DNA from: a bacterium
Lineage (GTDB): Bacteria > UBA8248
Assembly: GCA_965202625.1 (NCBI GenBank)
Contig: CBDBBI010000010.1
Location: forward strand, 1-64,000
DNA: 64,000 bases
Direction: 5' to 3'
Each line of letters opens with the position of its first letter. The stretch's first letter is position 1. Shown here piece by piece: positions 57,131 through 64,000 of this stretch. A program made the position numbers and the translations under genes. The notes below the pieces were generated by a model. It saw only the letters and a program-made list of their open reading frames with translations. It did not search any database and was not told the origin of the DNA.

Positions 57131-59413
57131 TCAGCTTTTCTCCGCCTCCACGCGGTAGCTGTTGAAGGTGGCGTTTTCGTATTCCGACAGCGCGTCGCCA
57201 GTGATGTGATTGGCGGCGCCGTGCTCGGGTAGCCCGCCGGCGGGGACGTGCACGACCCCCCGGCGGATCCTCGCGCTCACCCTGGCCTCGAATACGGACT
57301 CGCCAAAGTCGTTTTTCAGACGCACCCGATCGCCGCTCATCACGCCTCGGACGGCGGCGTCCTCCGGGTGTAGGGTGGCGACGTTCCACCCGTGGCGTAA
57401 CAGCTTCGTCGCGTTGTTGAAGGTGGAACTCGCCCGAAAATAGGTTTTTGGCGTGATGAGGTGGAGGGGATAGCGTGCGTTTTCGCCCGGGGCGGCCTCC
57501 TCGGGCGAAAAATACGTGGGCGTGCGCTGCGCGAGTTCCTCGAAATAGATTTGCGCGCGCCTGTGAGGAGTGGCGAGCTCCCAATGCGGTACGCCTTCGG
57601 GAACCTCCAGCACGATCTGACCCTCTGCCTCCAGTTTGTCAAGTGTGACGTTCTTGAACCAGGGGAAGCGCGCGTCCACTCTCGCTGCCTCAAGGAGCTC
57701 CTCTATCCACTCCCTGGATGATTTCCAGGGGAAGCGCGCGCCATAGCCCATCTTCTCCGCCAAGCGGCAGACGATCTCAAAATCGTCCAGGGATTCTCCG
57801 CGCGGCGGCATGACTCCGGGCGTATAGAGGAGAACGTGCCTTGACCGCATCTCGGGAATCAGGTGATAGAAGGTGCCGCCCGTCTCCAGCCCCCCGGTGA
57901 TCGCGCAGCGTTCTAGCCAGGTGGAGGCAGGCAGAACCACGTCCGCGCATTTCGCCGTCGGCGTCATGAAAACGTCCACCACCGCGCAAAAGTCCAGAGA
58001 GCGCAGGGCGCGCTCGGTTTTGCGCGCGTCTCCTGCCTGGCCCACCGGGTTGCCCCACATCACCAGCGCGGCGTTCACGGGGCCGCCGTAGGAGTCCGGA
58101 TGGAGGATGGCCTCCCCAATCCGCCCTGCAGGGATGGTGCGCTTGACGGGATTGGGCACGGCCCATCGCTCCGTCATCACCTCCTTGAGGCCGGTTCCGT
58201 TTGCCTGAGGTGAGGAGAACCCCGCGCCTTGCGCCCCATGCCGCAGGACGCCGCCGAAGCCGCCCGTCATCAGGTTCAGGATGTGCAGCGCGCGAACAGC
58301 CTGCTCTCCATGAATGGCGCGCTGGTAGGAGCCGTAATAGACGACGACTTTCCCTTTCCGCATCGCGCGGGCGAGGTCTCGTACGTGCTGTTCCGGGACT
58401 CCGCATTCTTCCGCCGCGCGTGCGGGCGTCCATGGATCCGCGGCGTCCCTGAGACAATCGAGCGCGGTCCGGCATCGCGCGCCCTCCACCCGAAAGGTGC
58501 CGCTCAAGGCCGGTTGCGCGGCGGAGTCGAATGGTCGCGCCGAGGCGGTGCTCTCATCCCAGACGAGCGGCGCGCCGTCTGCCGTCCTGACGAACCGGCC
58601 GTTGTCCGCATCGACCAGAAACGCGGCGTTCGTCCTCTCTCGCAGGAAGGTCTCGTCAACGACCCCTTCGGAGAGAAGGAGCCTCAAAACGCCCAACGCC
58701 AGTGCCGCGTCCGTGGACGGGCGAATCGGCACGTGGACGTCGGCGAAGCGCTCCGCCGTGCGCGTCCGCATGGGATCGACCACGATGAAGCGTGTCCCCG
58801 CTCTCTTGGCGTCCTGAAGGGACTGAAGCAGGCCACGGTATCCCGTCTCCACCGGATTGTTTCCCCAAAGGACTATCCACTCGCAGTCCTCGTTCGGCTT
58901 GTTGCGCACCTGCCAATGGCCGAATACATCGTCGCTCGCGCCCAGAAAGGCTTTCCAGCAAAGGCTGCCGCGCAGGTATGGCTGCACGGCACCCCCCCAG
59001 AGGTTCAAAAGCCGCATGATGGTGGCGGGCTCGGCGTCCCGCCCTCCGGGCAGGGTGTGCTGGGCGGAATAGTGATACATCATGACGGATTCGTTTCCGC
59101 CCTTTTCCTTGGCCGCCTCCAGCCCTTGGGCGACCATCTCCAACGCCTCGTCCCAGCTCGTGCGCTCGAAGCGATTCGCTCCGCCTGGCCCCGCTCCCTT
59201 TTTCCCCACGCGCTTCATCGGGTGGAGAAGCCTGTCGGGATGGAGGTATCTCTCTGGTATCTGAAATCCCTTGATACAGGGCTTGATGCGCATTCTGGGG
59301 TTCGCCCTGAACGAGATGATAGCCCCTTGGTCGGTCTCGACCTCGAAGCTGCACGGGTAATTCCCGCAGTGCGGGGAGCAGACGGTGTGGGCTTTCCTGG
59401 GAGCGTCCGGCAT
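57131..59413 (-). CDS. Stand-alone molybdopterin oxidoreductase, no Tat signal
   Basis: CSPHCGNYPC...CIKG, DRLLHPMKR, SWDEALE, WGNNP, VDPMRT.TA, IRPSTD.AL, DVFMTPTA..ADVVLPA, LHPEDA..RG. Confidence 0.9.
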   Translation of the reverse strand: MPDAPRKAHTVCSPHCGNYPCSFEVETDQGAIISFRANPRMRIKPCIKGFQIPERYLHPDRLLHPMKRVGKKGAGPGGANRFERTSWDEALEMVAQGLEAAKEKGGNESVMMYHYSAQHTLPGGRDAEPATIMRLLNLWGGAVQPYLRGSLCWKAFLGASDDVFGHWQVRNKPNEDCEWIVLWGNNPVETGYRGLLQSLQDAKRAGTRFIVVDPMRTRTAERFADVHVPIRPSTDAALALGVLRLLLSEGVVDETFLRERTNAAFLVDADNGRFVRTADGAPLVWDESTASARPFDSAAQPALSGTFRVEGARCRTALDCLRDAADPWTPARAAEECGVPEQHVRDLARAMRKGKVVVYYGSYQRAIHGEQAVRALHILNLMTGGFGGVLRHGAQGAGFSSPQANGTGLKEVMTERWAVPNPVKRTIPAGRIGEAILHPDSYGGPVNAALVMWGNPVGQAGDARKTERALRSLDFCAVVDVFMTPTAKCADVVLPASTWLERCAITGGLETGGTFYHLIPEMRSRHVLLYTPGVMPPRGESLDDFEIVCRLAEKMGYGARFPWKSSREWIEELLEAARVDARFPWFKNVTLDKLEAEGQIVLEVPEGVPHWELATPHRRAQIYFEELAQRTPTYFSPEEAAPGENARYPLHLITPKTYFRASSTFNNATKLLRHGWNVATLHPEDAAVRGVMSGDRVRLKNDFGESVFEARVSARIRRGVVHVPAGGLPEHGAANHITGDALSEYENATFNSYRVEAEKS

Positions 59414-59577
59414 TATCCCCTCGTGGGCGTTAGAAACCCGACTTTACACGAGTCGTGCATCATTCTACCATAGAGACTCTTCTGCTTCTGAGCAAATATA
59501 GCGTTTGCGCATCATCATCACAGTACCGCGGCGCGGTCGCTTCCATTCACGTTTGACCCTTCAGGAGGTGAGAGAGA

Positions 59578-60765
59578 ATGGCTACAGGCGCAAAACCGAA
59601 AGGAAAGGCGGCGAGTCCCGAAAAGGAGGAGTTCACGCCGCCGACTTGGGACACGGAAATGCCCTTGCCGTCCAATCCGGAGGCGGGCGAGGACGCGAAC
59701 GACTACTACGTCATCGACTGCGAAGTTCACGTCATGCCCGAGGATTATCGGCGTTTCATCAAGTATTTCGAGGGTACCCAGACCTTCGAGTACGCGCACA
59801 AGATGTGCAACCAGTGGCAGTGGATCGACCATCGCAACAACAGGCAGTCGGCCATTCACCCAGGCATGGACTGGCACATCGACAAGATCATCGCCGACAT
59901 GAACCGCTCGGGCGTGGACCAAATCGCCCTGATGCGCGAGTCCTTCATTGATACGGCGGGCGACAGCGCGCCCTTCTCCACGAACCAGCACGTCATCGAC
60001 GCGATCGAGAAATATCCGGATCGCGTCATCGGCGTCTCCAACGTGGGGCCCTTCTCCAAGCGCAAGACGAAGGATTTTCTCTGGGAGATGGAATACCTGC
60101 ACGACAACTACAACTTCAAGTTCACCAAATTCTATCAGCCCGAGGACTGTCCCATCAACGACCGCCGGCTCTGGCCAGCCTACGAGATGTGCCAGGATAA
60201 GGGAATCGTCGCTTTCTTCCACACCGGCATCACCATCCGGATGGGGCCCACGCGCTACACCCTTCCCATTCTGCTGGACGAGGTGGCGTCCGATTTTCCG
60301 GACCTCAAGATCGTGGCCTATCACGGCGGTTATCCTTACTGGGAAGACCTCGTCATGCTGCTCTGGAAGCACCCGAACGTCTACGTGAGCTACTCGATTC
60401 TTCTCCCCTGGCTCATGCGCGCTCCCCATCGCTTCGCCCACATGGTCGGCACCACGCTGCAAATCGCCGGGCCGGGCCGCTTCGTCTGGGGAAGCGACTG
60501 GCCGGCTTCGGATCCCTATCAATCCGTCGAGGCGGTGCTGAAACTCCACATCGACGACGAGTTGCAGGAGAAGTGGGGCTATCCCGCCATCACGAAGCAG
60601 GACAAGGCGGACTTCCTGGGTGGTACGCTCGCGCGGCTTGCGGGCATTGATGCGAAGAAAAACCACCTGAAATTCCCCGGCATGAACGGGGCGCCTACAG
60701 GGAAAACGCCGGAGGGCGACATCACTCGCCGCATCATGGCACAGCAGAAGGGGAAGGCGGAATAA
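59578..60765 (+). CDS. Amidohydrolase_2 family metal-dependent hydrolase/decarboxylase
   Basis: IDCEVH, N..V...IEKYPDR, FFHTG, FPDLKIV.YHGG, HPNVY, WGSDWP; AGGAGG RBS; strong codon bias. Confidence 0.88.
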   Translation: MATGAKPKGKAASPEKEEFTPPTWDTEMPLPSNPEAGEDANDYYVIDCEVHVMPEDYRRFIKYFEGTQTFEYAHKMCNQWQWIDHRNNRQSAIHPGMDWHIDKIIADMNRSGVDQIALMRESFIDTAGDSAPFSTNQHVIDAIEKYPDRVIGVSNVGPFSKRKTKDFLWEMEYLHDNYNFKFTKFYQPEDCPINDRRLWPAYEMCQDKGIVAFFHTGITIRMGPTRYTLPILLDEVASDFPDLKIVAYHGGYPYWEDLVMLLWKHPNVYVSYSILLPWLMRAPHRFAHMVGTTLQIAGPGRFVWGSDWPASDPYQSVEAVLKLHIDDELQEKWGYPAITKQDKADFLGGTLARLAGIDAKKNHLKFPGMNGAPTGKTPEGDITRRIMAQQKGKAE

Positions 60766-60801
60766 CCCGCCCCGGCGCTTGCGGAGGCGGCGCAGAGCGT
60801 G

Positions 60802-60833
60802 AAGCCCCGCCCGGTGCCCGGGCGGGGCTTTTT
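60802..60833 (+). terminator. Rho-independent terminator
   Basis: AAGCCCCGCCCGG-TGC-CCGGGCGGGGCTT perfect hairpin followed by TTT. Confidence 0.85.
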
Positions 60834-61007
60834 ATGGAAAATTTCCGGACTATGCAAGCTTTGGGGCAGCCTTGGACTTTAGAGAATTCAGGGACCTCCC
60901 TCCTTGCAGGCGCGCCTGAGAGGCGTATCCATTTGGTCGTCTTTTGAGGTCGCCGCGCCACTATTCGAAAAGACGCCGTGCGGCGGGGAGCCTGTTGCCG
61001 ACGACGC

Positions 61008-61760
61008 CTAGGTGTGTGCCAGGATGAATTTGATCACGAGGCTCGTGGCGATGAGAAAAAGCGCGGTGCGGATGAGGCGGAAGAAGAGTGCCTGATCGAT
61101 GCGCTCTCGAATGCGGATCCCCGCCCAGTAGCCGGCGTAGATGGGGACTATCGCCAGCAGTGCTTTGTCCAAACGGGGTTTGTCGTAGTGCCCCCGGAGC
61201 GAGAGGGTGAGGAGAATGACGAACATGCCCGTCGCGTTGAAGGCGTTCATCAGAAAGATGAAAGGGTTTTTGGGCAGCCTTAGCATAGAGAAGTAAATCG
61301 TGTTGACCGCGCCACTTATCGTGGTCGTCCCGTATACGAACCCCAGAATCGTGCCCATGAGGGTGCCCACGATTCTTTGAGAAACCGCCCGCAACTCCCT
61401 GAAAGAGGAGAGTCGACCCTCTACGAGCAGATACGCATACGCCATGAGGCCCATCATCAGGCGAATGACGTCGGGGTCTCCGAATCCGAGAAACCAGACG
61501 CCGATCGGTATGAATGCCAGGGCGCAGGCGAGATATAGCGCGATTTCCTTGATGGCGCGCCACTCTGTGCGAAGGCGGAGGGCGTCGGTGACGTTCGAGA
61601 GGAGGAGTGCCGGGACGAGGAGGGTGACGACGTCTCGGGGGTCGAGGAGAAGCGCGAGAAGCGGCGCGGACACCAGGGGCATGCCGAAGCCGATCGAGCC
61701 CTTGACGAAGCCTCCTAGGAGGAGGACGCAGCCGAGGAAAGTGATTTCAAAGTCGCTCAT
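61008..61760 (-). CDS. Sulfite exporter TauE/SafE family protein
   Basis: GFVKGSIGFG..LV..PLL, about 8 TMs, G.RIR.RI....F. Confidence 0.85.
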   Translation of the reverse strand: MSDFEITFLGCVLLLGGFVKGSIGFGMPLVSAPLLALLLDPRDVVTLLVPALLLSNVTDALRLRTEWRAIKEIALYLACALAFIPIGVWFLGFGDPDVIRLMMGLMAYAYLLVEGRLSSFRELRAVSQRIVGTLMGTILGFVYGTTTISGAVNTIYFSMLRLPKNPFIFLMNAFNATGMFVILLTLSLRGHYDKPRLDKALLAIVPIYAGYWAGIRIRERIDQALFFRLIRTALFLIATSLVIKFILAHT

Positions 61761-61909
61761 GGCGTCCTTACGAGAAAAGGAGGGGTTTGATCCCGAAACG
61801 TGATGGAAATAAGGGACGGCTGAGGACGCAGGAGACGGGGGAGAGCGCGACTCTTCTCAAGCGCGCGGCGTCCTCTCGATTCACGCGCTTCGTTCGCGCG
61901 AAACGCGCC

Positions 61910-62716
61910 TTAACCCGCGATGTCCTCGCCTCCGTCCACCCGAATCACGTCTCCCGTCATCCACTGTGTGCCCGAAGTCGCTAGGGCGGCGATCGCGTCG
62001 GCTACCCTCTGGGGCGTCGTCAGCTCCCCGTGCGGATTGACGCTTTTCGTGTGCGCGATCATCTCGGCGTTTCCGGGAATCTTGCGAAGGGCGGGGGTGT
62101 CCGTGACGCCGGCCTGAATGCTGTTCGCCGTGATGCCACTGGGCGCGAGCTCGACGGCGAGTTGGCGAACATGGCTCTCGAGCGCGGCCTTTGCCGCCGA
62201 CACGGCGCCATACGTTTTCCATATCCGGCGCCCGCCCGCGCTCGTCATGGCGTAGATGCGGCCTCCGCAGCCCATGAGGCCGCGCCGCACGAGTGACTGA
62301 GTCCAATACACCAGACTGTGCGCCATGACGTCCAGCGTCATCTCCATCTGCCGGGGAGTGAGGGCGTCTTTCTCGTCCTCGGCGATGTAGGGCTTGAGGG
62401 CGCCGAAGGCCAGGCTGTGGAGCAGGATTTGCACGCCACCTCTCGTCTTTTCTCCCAGGTGCTCCTGTATGCGATCCAGAACGCCCTTGCGCTCTTCCTG
62501 ACCCGCCGCGTTGACGTTGAAAAAGACGGCCTCGGCCCCGTTTTTCGTGATTTCCTCCTGAATGCGATTCGCGTTCGGCAGCGTGGCCTTCCTGTCCAGA
62601 TGAACGCCGAAGATGTTCATTCCCAGACGGGAGAGTCTGAGGGCGTTCGCCTCCCCAAAGCCGCTGCTGGCGCCCAAGATGAGCGCCCATCCTCCTTTCA
62701 TATCCGATTTCGACAC
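61910..62716 (-). CDS. SDR, enoyl-ACP reductase (FabL/FabI-like)
   Basis: LGASSGFG, Y-x6-K (YGAVSAAK), ELAP.GITAN, GVTDTPAL, W.TG..IRVDGG; GTG start with AGGAG RBS. Confidence 0.8.
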   Translation of the reverse strand: MSKSDMKGGWALILGASSGFGEANALRLSRLGMNIFGVHLDRKATLPNANRIQEEITKNGAEAVFFNVNAAGQEERKGVLDRIQEHLGEKTRGGVQILLHSLAFGALKPYIAEDEKDALTPRQMEMTLDVMAHSLVYWTQSLVRRGLMGCGGRIYAMTSAGGRRIWKTYGAVSAAKAALESHVRQLAVELAPSGITANSIQAGVTDTPALRKIPGNAEMIAHTKSVNPHGELTTPQRVADAIAALATSGTQWMTGDVIRVDGGEDIAG

Positions 62717-62971
62717 GTCGTTTCTCTCCTTCTGGGCGATGTGGGTGGTCGGGCGCGCACCGTTTATAGCATATCCGCGCCGCCGTTGGGGCTGGGTCGG
62801 GAGAACGTCGGTGCGCGAACTCTCTGCTGAGAGAGAGCGTGAGCGTACGTCGCCGGAAAGTCCCCTCGGGACGCACTGATGAATACGTGAGAGTAAGTGC
62901 AAAAAAGGAAAATATACACAAAAAGGTGCAAAAACGTAGAATGGAAATGAAACGTTAAAATATTGAATTAT

Positions 62972-63856
62972 TCAGATTGATACTGAATTGACCGAGCGGA
63001 GCAGCGCGTCGACCGCACCGCTCAAGGGTGTGGAAATTCCATGCTTGGCACCCAACCGAACCACCGCGCCCGTCATGGCGTCCGCCTCGATCGCTCGCCC
63101 GGCCCTTCTGTCGACAAGCATGGAGGTGGTCGCATCAGGGTCTGCGTCCTGGAGGCGTTCAATGGTTCGCTCTGCGACGTCGTCCGCCAGCTTCGCGCCC
63201 TCGGCCCTGGCCACAGAAGCGCACTCGCTCACGAGCGCGCGGCAAAGCTCCGCCACCTTCGGCTCGCGCAACACGCCTCTGCCCCTGCCGGTCAGCGCAG
63301 TGGCGGGACCGGCGCCGACGTTGTTGCACAATTTCGACCAGGAAGCGGTCGTAAAATCAGAGGTCGGTCGCACGGGGACATCCGTGCCTGTATAGAGGGA
63401 CACGAGAAGCCGCGCTCCGTGTCCCTCTTCGGGAACAAGTTGAGCGCCTCCTTGCTGGACTACGTGTCCGGGTGCCAGTCTATCCGCTGGACAGTTCACC
63501 ACGACCGGGACGATCTCCGCTCCCCGGGCGTATGGCTTCACCCGTTCTTTGTGTTCCACCCCGTTTTGAAGAACGGCTATGACGGTGTTGGGCTCCACGA
63601 GCGTTTCCAGCCAATGCGCCACGTCTTTCGTTTGATGCCCCTTCACCGCAAGTATGACGCAGTCGACGGGCCCTACTTCCAATGGATCGGTCGCACACTT
63701 CACGGGGGATTCGATGACGGAACTCCGCGTTTCCACGATGAGCTTTTCAATGGGCTTTCGCACGCAGAGCGTAACGTCGTGCGCATCCGACCGACACAAC
63801 CGCGCCCCGAACACCCCGCCGATGGCGCCGACCCCCAACACAGCCACGCTGCCCAT
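62972..63856 (-). CDS. Second ketopantoate reductase family protein
   Basis: LGVGAIGG, LAVK, LQNGVEH, WSKL..N, SMLVD..AGR.IE. Confidence 0.85.
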   Translation of the reverse strand: MGSVAVLGVGAIGGVFGARLCRSDAHDVTLCVRKPIEKLIVETRSSVIESPVKCATDPLEVGPVDCVILAVKGHQTKDVAHWLETLVEPNTVIAVLQNGVEHKERVKPYARGAEIVPVVVNCPADRLAPGHVVQQGGAQLVPEEGHGARLLVSLYTGTDVPVRPTSDFTTASWSKLCNNVGAGPATALTGRGRGVLREPKVAELCRALVSECASVARAEGAKLADDVAERTIERLQDADPDATTSMLVDRRAGRAIEADAMTGAVVRLGAKHGISTPLSGAVDALLRSVNSVSI

Positions 63857-64000
63857 CCATCATGCTCCATAGGAATTCACGCGGAAACGGAACTATCCCT
63901 CCATGCCGCCAAAACGCATACGACGCCGGCCAAAGAGTCCCAGCCCGAAGTATGTCCGATGCGCGCTAGGGTGTGCAAAGCGGAACGCAGACGCGCTCCA

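Noticed and set aside
59518-60666. 382-aa - strand ORF
   Set aside because: Antisense shadow of the amidohydrolase gene
62872-62910. CTGATGA motif suggesting a hammerhead ribozyme
   Set aside because: No stem II followed by GAAA and no matching cleavage-site stems
1-64000. CRISPR arrays, rRNA, transposases, prophage or defence genes
   Set aside because: No regularly spaced repeats or recognisable motifs found by eye

Overview
Bacterial chromosomal window, GC-rich, from a diderm with deltaproteobacterial-type gene order (Nitrospinota/Tectomicrobia-like is a guess only). Bases 1-27,300 are a co-oriented + strand housekeeping block: folP, a TauE exporter, panE, panB, a decayed cobS-like remnant, a near-complete dcw cluster (mraZ-rsmH-ftsL-ftsI-murE-murF-mraY-murD-ftsW-murG-murC-murB-ftsQ-ftsA-ftsZ, with no ddl), then pgeF-yggS-proC-yggT-divIVA-like, a broken yggU/DUF167, mtnA and tRNA-Asp(GUC). 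Bases 27,300-64,000 are a mixed-strand metabolic region with an orphan NitT/TauT-type binding protein, an aminotransferase, HU/IHF, queA, trmJ-like, a lipid/membrane module, korAB, an Mca/MshB-like deacetylase, an AttEFGH-like ABC plus lipocalin module, and several probable sulfur-handling genes. The best candidate for an undescribed system is a Tat-less molybdopterin oxidoreductase operon (fused 4x[4Fe-4S]-NrfD, Mo subunit, TorD-type chaperone, convergent small unknown protein) at 33,072-38,603. A second orphan Mo enzyme in a rhodanese/amidohydrolase/TauE neighbourhood (53,981-61,760) is the next candidate. I saw no CRISPR array, rRNA, integrase or transposase. All calls come from reading motifs by eye; no database searches were run.
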